Positions 1 to 12,049 of a DNA stretch of 64,000 bases are shown one piece after another. Positions within the stretch are counted from its first letter, which is position 1, and every line of letters begins with the position of its first letter. The DNA is from Octopus vulgaris. Lineage: Eukaryota. Under the pieces are notes generated by a model. The model ran no database searches and had not been told where the DNA came from. It was given only the letters and a program-made list of their open reading frames with translations. The translations under genes were made by a program, and so were the position numbers. Location of the stretch: assembly GCA_951406725.2 (NCBI GenBank), contig OX597814.1, forward strand, positions 142,042,001-142,106,000, in the 5' to 3' direction.

Positions 1-1574
1 AGCATCTCAAAATAAATACAGTAACAAAAGGGTTAACATTCTTCTAATGTAAGTAATTTTCCTCTTAAAGCACATGGTACTTCTGCATATATCACTCAAC
101 ATTTATTTGATCCACATGTCCGTACATGCTGCATAGCCACCTCTTCTGCAACACACATAAGAGAATGAAACAAATCTTTCCCTAGCCAGGTCACCAGTCT
201 ATCACAAGTAATATTCCCAGCTGATCTACTGCCTATTCTGAACCACAAACTAAACTAAGGCATGTACAAACCAATCAATAGAGCATTTGATTGAATAGAA
301 ATAACAGTCATATCTAACCTTAAATCACATACAAAAACAAACAACGACAAAAAACAATGGCCAAATAATATTTCTCTACAATCATCACCATCATCATCTA
401 ATGTTTGTTTTCCATGCTGACATGAGTTTGATGATTCAATAGGAACTGATGAACTAGAGCTGTACCAAGCTCCAATGTCTGCTTTGGTATAGTTTCTATG
501 GCTAGATTCCCTTTTCTAACACCAACCATTTTTCAGAGTGAGCTGGATCCCTTTTTTTTTTTATTTTTCATGGCACTAGTGAGGTCACAAAATAACTTAC
601 AAGGCAAGACCCCTTGGTTGAGAGGGGATGTCTTATGGAGGGAGGTGAAAATATGATAAAAGGACAGGAACAGGTATCTTGCTGAAAAGGAGATACATGG
701 TTTCCCCCAAGGAACAGGTCCTTTGCTGAAAAGGAAATGGCTTCCCCTCCTTTGCTGATGGGGAAATGGCTTCCCCTCCAGTGAGAGAGAGAGAGATAGA
801 TGGTGAGAGTGTACCCACAAGGTGACAAGAGAAAATGGGGTTTGAGCATCAGAAAGGGTAAATAGGAAAGTTAGAGAGAGTGTAAAAAGAGTGTCACAAA
901 AGGGTAGAGATAAGGGATAGAGGTGGACGTAGTGAATGAGGGCCCACAAGAGAGAAGGTGCATGGTCAATGGTGTATATCAGTCTGAAGAAAAATATAAT
1001 AAAAGAAAGGAAAAAGAATAAAAATGCTTAGAGCATTATGGTCAAAATACCTTTCATCACTTTGTTCATGGGGTGCTTGATGAGGGCTGACCTGGGGTTA
1101 AACAACGACAATACAATAAGAGAAATATGAAGATGTGTGTAGTATATAAGCCCAGGCAAGACAGATCAAATCTCTCTACAGTAATTTTGAAAATAAAAAA
1201 AACTATGAGACAGATAGTTGGGTAATGTGACACTTCTTCCATTCTGCCATTTTAAATATACAACAACAACAGTAACAACTATTATATCCAACAATATTAA
1301 ATTATGATGCTGAGGGTATCAATTTTTATGGTAACCACAGTGATGATGATAATGATGGAAATGGTGATGCTGTATAGAAATTTTCTACACACAAATATCA
1401 ATTAATGGCCTCACTACTTTCAATATTATTTCATAAATATAAATATAATATAATATATATATATATATATATATACATATAATATAAAGATGTTACACTC
1501 ACCAACATAGTTCACAGTAAATCCTTATATAAGAATGATATATGTGTGAGTATGTAAGTATGCAAATCTTTATG

Positions 1575-1619
<45 letters not shown>

Positions 1620-1762
1620 TCTTGTGAAGACCAGAAAGGAAATACACCTGAGTAGTGGCTCAGACAGGTTCAGATTTGAATTAACTATGTTATTCCACTC
1701 TACCTAAGAGTATTGAGTTCTTTCTCTTAACTGAAATTCACACCAGTGCAAACACCATAATT

Positions 1763-1827
<65 letters not shown>

Positions 1828-2140
1828 TTCAGGTGTTTTAGTTAAGGAGTTTTAAAACAGTCAGCTAAGAGGTAATGAACCTATGTTTATGTGTTGAACA
1901 TGTGTGAGTGTAAATGGTATGTATAAATGGGTTTGTTTATGTATGTATTATATTTGTTACACCCTTTGTGAAAGAAGCTAGATGTTGTCAGTTCTACTCC
2001 AAGGTAACAGAGTCAGTAAATCCAAAAGACAGCACAGAAACAGGTAGTTTAACAAACAATGTCAGCTAAGTGAGTACTTAAACCAAAGTCCTACCTGGCT
2101 GATAGCACAAATACACACACACACACACACACACAAACAT

Positions 2141-2181
<41 letters not shown>

Positions 2182-2350
2182 TTCATACACATTGCTGTGT
2201 ATTAGCAGGAGTGCAAGAAGGAGGACTTTGCTCATAGTGCTATAAGAATGAAGTACAATACATATATATACACACTCATAAACACACCCCATACATACAA
2301 ACACATATATATCAATTAATGAATGACAAAAAGAACAGGAGTTATATAAT

Positions 2351-2455
2351 CACTTTCAGTAGCCTACAGCCGTTTCCACTGTAAGAAACAGTACACTCAG
2401 AGTTGAGTGCTTGTGCAACATCCGATAGCTTCCTCAGAGCCATTAAACTGAAGTG
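2351..2455 (-). ncRNA. Type I hammerhead ribozyme-like motif (Penelope pLTR type)
   Basis: Minus strand reads TGGCT-CTGAGGA-AGCT...AGTG-GAAAC-GGCT-GTA-GGCTA. It has the CUGANGA and GAAAC cores and a GUA triplet. Helix I is TGGCT/GGCTA (with G-U pairs), extended by CACTTCAGT/ACTGAAAGTG across an internal loop. Helix II is long. Confidence 0.65.
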
Positions 2456-2544
2456 AAGTGTGTATATATATAAAAATATATATATATATAGAGAGAGAGA
2501 GAGGGAGAAAGTGAGAGAGAGAGAGAGAGAATGAGAAATAAATG

Positions 2545-2903
2545 CCTGGTACTTATTGTATCAGTTTCTTTCGCTGAACTGCTAAGTTATGGGAATGTAA
2601 GCAAACCAACATCAACTGTCAAGCAGTGAGTAAGTGGGGACAACCACACACACACAACATATCAGTCTCTTTTGCTAAACTGCTAAGTTACGGAAACGTA
2701 AACACACCAACACTGGTTATTAAGCAGTGATGGTGGGACAACCACTGACACAAAGATACACACACACACACACATATACAATGGGCTTCTTTCAGTTTCT
2801 GTCAACCATATCTACTCATGAGGATTTGGTCAGCCTGAGGCTATAGTAGAAGACAATTACCCAAGGTACCATGCAGTGAGACTGAACCCAGAACCATGTG
2901 GTT
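2545..2903 (-). mobile_element. tRNA-headed SINE family A, degraded copy with partly duplicated 3' part
   Basis: Reverse complement matches the full copy at 22566-22973 (GGTTCTGGGTTCAGTC..., CTTGGGTAATTGTCTTCTACTATAGCC). Confidence 0.8.
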
Positions 2904-2930
2904 AGATTATTTTAAAACTAGAAGTTTGGA

Positions 2931-3157
2931 TTAACCTTTTAGTATTCAGACTAGCCATATCAAACTCAAATATTCTACCTGTTTTATGTTCAAACTGGCC
3001 AGATCAGGCCTCTCACACTAATCCTACAATGTCATTCTAAAAATAAGCAATCACAACATCGAAATCTCAAAACTATAAGATAATGCACGATTAAGTAAAG
3101 ACATATAAATAAATGAGCATTACTTTTGATAGAATAATCTGAATGTTAAAGGATCAA
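2931..3157. mobile_element. TTAA-flanked MITE (piggyBac-like ends)
   Basis: Ends TTAACCTTTTAGTATTCAGA ... TCTGAATGTTAAAGGATCAA are inverted repeats. Related copies at 21810-22276, ~35630-35808 and ~57520-57659. Confidence 0.75.
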
Positions 3158-4140
3158 AGAACCAAGGACAGTCTAAGACTGGTTGGAAATCATAAGGGTC
3201 TCACAAAATTATTTTAAAAAGTGAAAAGATGTGTTTTATTTGAATGCAATTTTTCTTTTTTAGGCTTTCTAAGTTTTAAATAAAAATGACTGTCTTTAAA
3301 ATAATAAAACAATGTTTATCTTGCTATTGTTTTTGGCTTTCTATTCTTGATCAAATTACCATAATACAATGCTTCTAGATATCATATATTACATTTACAT
3401 GAAACCAGATGATTTGAGCTAATTTAATTATTTATTCTAATCAAGTGACAGCAGTTAAAATTTATGGAAGAAAAGAAAAAAAATGAAACTGATTTAGAAG
3501 CGAAAATTTTTAACCAACAGGCAGTTGCCATGAATATCAGAAAATGCAAACTCATCTGATTAGTAGAAAATTTGGGAAAATGATGCTGTTCTATTGAATT
3601 TTGAAGATTTTTGGTCAACCTTTGAGCCATGACAATTATGGTTGATTTTGTAAATTATTCAGTTTTTGAAAAAGAATTTTGAAGGTAAAAAAAAAATTGG
3701 AGGGGACAATAAATAAACTAACTGTTTCTCATTTTAAATAATGAAAATCAGATGAGTCAGTACTTAAACCTAGCCCTAGTGGCTGATAATACAAAAACTC
3801 ACACACACACAAACATATATACAGCATACATATAAATACACATCTATACACGTTACAGGGTATTAGCAAGAGTGTAAGAAACCTGTGCATCATCCTTAAT
3901 GTAGATCCATTGTGAAAAGGAAATTTACTGCAGTATTCATCCAGAGATATTATCTTTTACGGACGTGCTGTGTTCAAAAACACAATATATATCAGGCGTA
4001 GACGAAAATTGCCCTAAAAATAGTTTGTGAGAATGGTGGCTGTACAGTTCTTCATCATTGGGCATTGTCAGTGGTATGTACTTACAACCAATGACATACA
4101 CATGATGAAATTTGTTTTTCCCAAATATAGTGCTAGTGCT

Positions 4141-6534
4141 TGAACCAACGAGACAGAATAAAACGATCTTGGATCTGGTATTGACCAATCACTCTAGCTA
4201 CGTTCACAGCATTTCAGTCGAAAAAACTCTCTTCTCAGACCACGACATGGTACTCTGCAATCTTAATTCCCGACATATAAAAACCAAACCAGCCAATCCC
4301 ACTCCATGGCACCCATTTGACAACATAAACTTCCACAAAGCGGACTGGGGAACAATCAGAAAGGATCTGTCTTCCATCGACTGGTCTTTTACTCTCAATT
4401 CCCCTCATATTGAGACCGCGTGGCAGCACTTTGAAACCATTGTCACCTATACATGCTCTAAACACGCTCCCAAGAAATCTACTAACACAAACAGAAACCG
4501 GCTCCCTAAAAAGAAAAAAACACTCATCAGGCGCATCAAAAGACTCAACAAAAAAATCAACCAATTAAAATATTCCCACACACAACATCCACATTCAACA
4601 ACAATGAAAAGACTAGAGCTGGAGAAACTTCATCTGCAGACTAACATGAAAACCTCCATTGAAAATCAAAGAGCTGTGGAGGAACAATGGGTAATCAAAA
4701 ACATCAAACAGAACCCAAAAGTGTTCTATTCTTATGCAAATAAGCATAGAACCACTGTCTCACCCATTGGGCCATTGATTGATGATAACGGCATTCCCCA
4801 ACACGATGCTAAAGAAATGGCAGAAATACTGCAGAAACAATACTGCTCTGTCTTCAGTGTTCCCACTGATATTGATGTGAGGGAAACGAACGAAGTTGAC
4901 TCCCAACACAAAATCGCAGACATAACCTTCACTGCCACCGACATCATAGCAGCAATAAATGAGGTCAAACATTACTCTGCTGTAGGCCCTGATAGATTTC
5001 CCGCTAGTCTCCTGAAGGAATGTAGATATCAACTTGCAGTCCCTCTGACCAACCTCTGGAGAAACTCGTTAGACGCAGGTTATATACCGAAACAGTTTCT
5101 ATCCCAGTCGGTCATCCCGGTTTTCAAACAGGGAAACAGATCCTCGCAGTCAACTATCGCCCAATCTCACTCACCTCCCACATCATTAAAGTGTTTGAAA
5201 GAGTGTTAAGATCAAGGATAGCTGACTTCCTGGAGACCCACAAACTCCTAAATTCAAATCAGCATGGCTTTCGCTGTGGCAGGGACTGTCTAACACAGCT
5301 CTTACACCACATTGAAGATGTACTCAAAGCCTTGGGAACAGGTTCGAACTCTGGCGTCATATATCTTGACTTCAGTAAAGCGTTCGACAGGGTAGACCAT
5401 AACATCCTACTCTCAAAATTGGCAAATGTTGGAATCCGTGGAAAAGTTCTACGCTGGATTCAGTATTTCCTGGCGAATAGAACACAACATGTTGTAGTTG
5501 ATGGAGTCCACTCAAACCCAGCAAAAGTCACCAGCGATGTTCCCCAGGGAACTGTTTTGGGTCCGCTACTCTTCATAATTTACGTAAACGACCTTTCCAG
5601 TGTCGTACATCACTGCAAAGTGAAAATATTCGCTGATGACACTAAGCTCCAGCAAATCGTCAATGAAGAAGCAGACTGAACTCAACTCCAGTCTGATCTA
5701 TATGCTGTGAGTCAATGGGCAGACAGAAACAAAATGCAACTGAATGAGGGAAAATTTGAGCTGATGCATTTTGGAAGAAATTCCTCACTAAAACAACCAT
5801 ACTCTCTTCCTTCAGGGGAACCGCTCACAGCCTCTAACAATATCAGAGACCTGGGTGTAATTGTTGATGACGATCTCAGTTGGAGTGCACACATCAGCAA
5901 GAAGGTCGATATAGCTCTTAGGATGAGTTCCTGGATCTTAAGAACTTTCCGGTCCAGAGAACAAGGTGTCATCATACCACTTTTTTCCTCCTTTGTACGG
6001 CCACACCTTGAATACTGCTGCCCACTGTGGTCTCCTCACACAAGACAAAACATCTCCAGAATTGAGTCACTCCAGAGGGCTCTCACTAAACAAATTGAAG
6101 GCATGGCTGCTCTCGATTATTGGGATCGCCTTAAAGCCTTGAAGCTTTACTCCCTCCAGCGTCGCCATGAGCGGTACATCATTTGTACGATGTGGAAAAT
6201 ATACCGCCAACTTTTCCCAAACGACCTAAACATTAGCTTCAAGGTTCATCCAAGACTTGGACCACGGGCTATACGTCCCCTGCCAAATTCAAGATCACAG
6301 CATACATGTACACTGCAACATAATTTCTTTTCCTCAACAGGCCCTGCCTTATTTAACATTGTCCCGAGGGAGATCAAAGAGGAAAAGGATCCCATCAACT
6401 TCAAACAGAGTCTGGATACATTCCTTCAAAGAATACCAGATAAGCCACCCATAATTGGATACAACTCACCCAACAAGAACTCACTACTTGAACAAAACTG
6501 GATACAACTCACCCAACAAGAACTCACTACTTGA
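4141..6534 (+). pseudogene. LINE ORF2 (endonuclease-reverse transcriptase), disabled
   Basis: ORFs 4112-5209, 5191-5679 and 5707-6534 join into one ORF2 after a 1-nt frameshift near 5144 and an in-frame TGA at 5677-5679 (probable CGA>TGA). Confidence 0.92.
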
Positions 6535-6542
6535 ACAAAACT
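6456..6542 (+). repeat. Perfect 43-bp tandem duplication at the end of LINE ORF2
   Basis: TGGATACAACTCACCCAACAAGAACTCACTACTTGAACAAAAC at 6456-6498 and 6499-6541. Confidence 0.95.
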
Positions 6543-6695
6543 TGACTTAAACAGGATTCGAATAATCCTATCAGGTGGTGCTATTAAGTTAGACATGGCC
6601 TGGACCAATCTCTGGTCAAAACATATCTAAGTTTATCTAAGTTTATCTAAATAAACAGTGAATGGATATTCACTGCTGTTGCTAATAACTGCCTA

Positions 6696-6899
6696 TGAGG
6701 GATCACTTAATACAAATAAGTATATGAATTAATTTTTTTTTAAAGGAAAAAGCTGACAGTAACTTCAAAATCTTGCCATGTGTTGGCTTCATCAAAATGA
6801 GGAAACCAGCATAAAAAAAAAACTTCACGTTAACTGTCAGCTTTTTCCTAGCAGAAAATGTGATGATCTACTTTAAGTAATGTATTGAGTGATCCTTCA
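6696..6899. mobile_element. Mariner-like MITE / foldback
   Basis: TGAGGGATCACTTAATACA vs TGTATTGAGTGATCCTTCA terminal inverted repeats. Inner inverted repeat GGAAAAAGCTGACAGT/ACTGTCAGCTTTTTCC. TA on the left flank. Confidence 0.7.
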
Positions 6900-7698
6900 G
6901 TTCATATTTGACCTCTGTTTAGGTATGACTATAAAAAAACACAATGAAACAGAGAGAGAGAGAGAGAGAAGGGGAGAAAGAGGGGAGGGAGAGAGATCAT
7001 TCTTTTGCTCATTTGATGTCAACTTTTCTATGTTTGCATGGGTTTGCTGAATTATATTATTTGTGGTTTTGTCATACAACGGGGCGCCCTTCCTGACACC
7101 AACCCATGCCTATTTTTCAAGTAAGGGATCACTTATTCCACATGGCTTTGAAGACACAAAGTGCCCTGACAAGTTGTCAGCAGGAGAAACTAACACCACT
7201 GCCTGCTGCACTTACAAGTGACTGCAGATGTAAACAAACAGATACATAAGCATCTTCACATACATACAATCATACATTTCTAAGAATGTATGTATATGTA
7301 CATATGTATGTACAGGCATGCATATCATCATATGTTGTTCATTTTCTATGCTGGCACAAGGTGGATGGTTTAACAGGAGCTGGGAAGCTGTAGAGCTACA
7401 TCAGGCTCTGATTGTTTTGGTATGCTTTCTATAGTTGAATACCCGTCCATTTTGCAGAGTGTACTGGGCACCTTTTACATGCTATTGACAAGCTAAATTT
7501 AAAATTTGAGAACTTTAATATGAATATTTAACATTTTGTATCATAAAACTAGAGGTGGTTCCTGGTGGATTGTACCTTTAAAGGCTAAATTGTGGACGCA
7601 AATGCAAAAGACTTTTAAGAAACATGTGGTGCAATAAAGGAGTGTCCCTATACTTGCTTGACCTGTGAGAAATACCAGTAAAATTTGATAGGCTAAAT

Positions 7699-8008
7699 CA
7701 GTGGTTCTGAAAGTGGGTGGTATTGCCTCTCTGGGGGTGGTGGAAAGTTCCAAGGGGACGCTGAAGAAAAGTGGAGCAATAATGGGGTAGTGGTTCATGT
7801 AAAAAGTGGAGTGATAATGGGGTAGCGATTCATGTAAAAACAACAAAATAGTGGGTTCATGAGGTTAAGTTTTCTTTGTGAAATACAGTTGCTTTGAATT
7901 TGCTTCAGAAAGAGGTCTATGTCTGTGATGGTTAGTTGGGGTGGGGGCACTAGGAATGAAGCCTGGGTGTCAAGGGAACGGCAGCCCAATAAAACTTGGG
8001 AACCACTG
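7699..8008. mobile_element. hAT (Charlie-like) MITE
   Basis: CAGTGGTTCTGAAA ... TTGGGAACCACTG termini. 8-bp TSD GGCTAAAT (7691-7698) / GGCTAAGT (8009-8016). Confidence 0.85.
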
Positions 8009-8374
8009 GGCTAAGTAGAAAGATAAAATGAATATACAGATGAAAGATGCTTAAATATTGGTTTTAAATTTTGGCACAAGAAATGCAAGTCTGGAGAAAG
8101 GACTAAGCTGATTACTTCGACACAGTGCTCAACCAAAAGGAAGAAAAGTTAAGTTGACTTTGGAAGAATTTGAACTTGAAATGTAAAGGCGGATGAAAAG
8201 CTGCTAAGTATTTTGACTAGCACGGTAATGATTCTGCCATCTTGCCACTTTAAATATTAAATATATATAAAAAAAAAATAAATAGAAAGAATTTGATAAA
8301 CTAAAAGAGACTAGATTCTAACTCGTAGGAATTACATCTATCTCTCACCTGGTAAATCTAAAAATTCTTACATA

Positions 8375-9243
8375 GCATATTTGCCAGCATATAAGACACG
8401 TGTTTTTATATTTTTAAACTTGAAAATTGCCCTGTGTCGAATGTGGCCATATTATGGATGGAAGACCAAGTGTTCTAGGGAGCCAGTTAAACATAAGTAT
8501 CTTAGGTACAACAATTATTACTAAAAATCCTTTCTACTATAGGCACAAGGTCTGAAATTTGAGGGAGAGGGATAGTTGATTATCAACCCCAAAAGGATGA
8601 AAGGTAAATCGACCTTAGTAGAATTTGAACTCAGAACATGAAGATGGATGAAATACCGTTAAGCATTTTACCCAGCATGCTAATGATTCTGCCAGCTTGC
8701 TGCCAATTATTACTAATAATATAATATTGAAAATACACAAAATTATGACAGCTTGTTAGCACAAACTTATGGATAATTGCTTACAGTATGTCAGTAATAA
8801 TGTGGAGTGGTCACATCATCATTATATCTTCTTCTCCAGCTTTCATAACCTACACCTGATATGTGTCTTATATTATTTAATTAGCAGAATGAAAAATTCT
8901 CCGAGAAAGACAAAAGGGATGTTAGCAAATTTCCATCTACCTATCAGCTATTTGCAACGATTGGATGACAACAAACTGTAGCAGTGTCTCGCCACCCTGA
9001 TGGCTGACCATGATTATATAAAACATCACAGCCAAAAAGTACTTCATGCCGGTATAATGTTTTAATATTGCACAGAATAATACATTTTCCCCTACAAAAC
9101 CACTTTAAACTATCTTTTAATATCTATATGATGCAACATACTAAATTTGATTTTTCCACAAAATATCATCGTAAAATGGGGTATGTGTCTTATGTGGGGC
9201 CACATCTTATGAAAAGATGCATTTTATATGCTGGAAAATATGA
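8375..9243. mobile_element. Degenerate Tc2/pogo-like non-autonomous element with a nested SINE
   Basis: CATATTTGCCAGCATATAAGACAC vs GCATTTTATATGCTGGAAAATATG inverted ends, each flanked by TA. Confidence 0.55.
8525..8703 (-). mobile_element. SINE family B (Meta-domain-like) with TSD
   Basis: Matches the family B head and core. 13-bp TSD CAATTATTACTAA at 8512-8524 and 8704-8716. Confidence 0.85.
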
Positions 9244-9395
9244 TAATCTATGAATAATTGCTAGTAAAGGATACAAAGATTACTTTCTACTTTCTTTTTA
9301 TATTTCAATCAAATCTATACATCACAAAAATGGGATTAAAGTGAGAAATACGTTATTTAAAAAAATTGAATTGTATTTTGTTGTGAATTACTTAC

Positions 9396-9555
9396 ATCTT
9401 TCTTATTTTGCATAGCAAATAAATTATCTGCTGAGAATGACCGGGGATACCAGAGTTGTGGTAGTTTCTGCATTCCGGATAGCACAGTCTTATATGCCAT
9501 CAAGTTTGGCAGTTCTGTTTGAACAATATAAACCATTGTAAGATCCGGTTTGTGT
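9396..9555 (-). CDS. Candidate internal coding exon of an unidentified gene
   Basis: Long pyrimidine-rich tract ending TTTTATCAAG, 160 nt with one open frame (HKPDLTMVYIVQTELPNLMAYKTVLSGMQKLPQLWYPRSFSADNLFAMQNKKD), perfect GTAAGT donor at 9395-9390, non-repetitive context. No family recognised. Confidence 0.3.
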
Positions 9556-10747
9556 CTTGATAAAAGATTTAATGCAAATGGAAAGAATTTGTATTTAAAG
9601 AAAAAAAAAGATAATCCTGCAGGTACGAAATTCAATGTCCACAACTTGGTGCGAAATAACTGAATCCTAGGAAACTCTTGGCAAATGGTAAATGCAGTGA
9701 AGTCTAATGTTCCTCACAGAACTTTTTGTCTGAGAGCAAAGAAATGTTCACAGCGTAGTCCCGACCCATGTAGCACTCAATATTGCACATGTCTGATTGG
9801 CGTAATTAAGTGTAACTCGAGTAACCTAATGCCTGGTACAGACTTCACTGCTTGAGATTAACTGATAGCTAAACACCCATTAATGCCGGTAAGCCAAGAA
9901 GCAAGTGAGCATTATTTACCCACGTGCCCAGATAGGCTTTATATTATCGGATTTGCTTGTGTATAAAATTAAGAGATTAACACTTATAAGGATTATGTTG
10001 TACAATTTTTTTTTTAAATAAGACAGAAAAGGTAGGGAGCATAAAGTAGATATTGATTTTAGTTTTTTTTTATAATTGCTATTGTTATTTAGCCCCAGGA
10101 GGTCAACCTTGAATGAACAAACCCATAACTAAAGTGTTGTAGCTATGACTATAACATCAGTTTCCAGCTTTGGTATACTTAAGGTTAATATGTCCTTCTC
10201 TCTTAAAGACAATAGGACCTACTTTTGAGGGAGATCTGGTTGTTATTTCTAGCAAGTTGAATGATATTACATAATGCAGTTCTAGATTAAGTTTGAAATA
10301 AGGATGGGATCATTATGACTACAATGTTAATTAATTAAAAGTCTTCTGGATCAGGATAGATTTGAGGCTAATTGAAACAGCTGCAATGTGGCAATGTGGG
10401 AGTTTCTATGTGGTTGCTTAATCTGCTAGAAATAGTAGCAAAATCTCCTTCAAACTACACTCTTTAAAAACGAAAAGACGTTTTATTTTCTTTTTTTCTT
10501 TTTATTTGTTTCAGTCATTAGACTACAGCTATGCTGGAGCATCACCTCAAAGAATTTTTGTCAAATGGCAATATTAACAAAAATCTGTTATAAATGCCCC
10601 CCCCCCCCCCAAAAAAAAAAACACCTGTTGGTCACAGGTTCAACAATCTGAATTATAGGTCTGCTAGATCAGGATTGGCCTCAGCTCAAACAAAAATAAC
10701 TCATCCAAGTGTAATAACTAATTTTTAATGGTTGAACTGAAAGTAAA

Positions 10748-11047
10748 GGGTAATGACCCCCTTCAGTCATGAATGGCCATGGGATTCCACCTAGAAAGTT
10801 TCCCCCCGAGGCTCAAGTCCGGGCAAGGTTGTTTATGGAAGACCAGCAGTCACCCATACATACCAGCCTCCCCTTGCCACACCACTGATGTTATCCGAAG
10901 GAAAGGCAAAGGCCAATACAGCTTGACACCAGTGATGGTACAACTCAGTTCTACAGCTGAGTGAAATGGAGTAATGTGAAATAGAGTCTCTTGCTCAAGA
11001 ACACAATACACAGCCAGGTCTGGAAATCAAACTCACTACCTGATGAA
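10748..11047 (-). mobile_element. tRNA-headed SINE family D (CORE-like), head truncated
   Basis: Colinear with 26192-26530 and with the reverse complement of 56852-57135. Confidence 0.8.
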
Positions 11048-11332
11048 GTAGATAGAAGTAGATAGAGCTATAAATAATAGTATATATATATATTTGATTA
11101 CAAAAAAAAATAACCCTTTGGATAGGAATAATTCAAAGACTGCTTATATTTTAAAAATTCATGGACTGGTTTCAATCATTAAACTGCGGCCATACTGGAG
11201 CACAAGTATGAAGGGTTTTAGTCAACTCTAGTATTTATTTCAGCCTTGTACTTATTCGATTGATCTCTCTTGACTGGTAAAGTTACTTTTTGATATAGAG
11301 GGACACAACTAAAAACAGCATTTTACACACAC

Positions 11333-11826
11333 AGGTGGCACTGGCAATGACCATGCTTGAATGGTGCTTTTTATGTGCCACCGGCACGGGATCCAGTCAG
11401 GCAGCATGAGCATGATCATTGCCAGTGTCACCTGACTGGCTCCCCTGCTGGTGGCATGTAAAAAGCACCATTTGAGCATGGTCATTGCCAGTGCAGCCTA
11501 ACTGGCTCATGTGCGGGTGGTATGTAAAAAGCACCATCTGAGTGTGGCCGTTGTCAGTGCCACCTGACTGGCTCCCATGCTAGTGGCACATAAAAAGCAC
11601 CATTCAAGCATGGTCAATGCCAGTGCCACCTTAATGCCTCTTTGTGCCGGTAGCATGTAAAAAGCAACCACTACACTCTTGGAATGGTTGGTATTAGGAA
11701 GGGCATCCAACAGTAGAAACCTTGCCAGATCAGACTGGAATCTGGTGCAGTCTCCTGGCTTGCCAGTTCTCAGTCAAACCGTCCAACCCATGCCAGCATG
11801 GAAAGTGGACATTAAATGATGATGAT
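11333..11826 (+). mobile_element. Retroposon family C ((ATG)n tail) with internal 66-bp tandem array
   Basis: 66-bp units start at 11408, 11474, 11540 and 11606, preceded by one inverted unit (~11333-11407). Followed by GGAAGGGCATCC..GTAGAAAC and CCAACCCATGCCAGCATGGAAA..(ATG)n. Confidence 0.85.
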
Positions 11827-12049
11827 ACACACACAACTTTATTGTTTCCTTCTCTGAAATTTCACTTACAAAGCACTGATTGACATGAGACTACAGTATG
11901 GGCACTCTCAAGGGGGCAAGTGAACAGAATTGTTAGTGTATCAAACAAATTGCTTTGCAGCATTTCCTCCAAATCTATATGCTATGAGTTCATATCCTGT
12001 CGAGGTCAACCTTACTTTTCACCCTTTCAGGGTCAATAAAATAAAGTAG

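Larger units (their letters stand above)
4140..6650 (+). mobile_element. 5'-truncated CR1-group non-LTR retrotransposon (LINE)
   Basis: End of the AP endonuclease (EPTR..ILDLVLTN, SDHDMV), RT motifs (NYRPISLTS, QHGFR, YLDFSKAFDRV, PQGTVLGP, FADD), C-terminal VRPHLEYCCPLWSP, 3' stem-loop at 6603-6617 and a (GTTTATCTAA)n tail ending at 6650. Confidence 0.93.
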
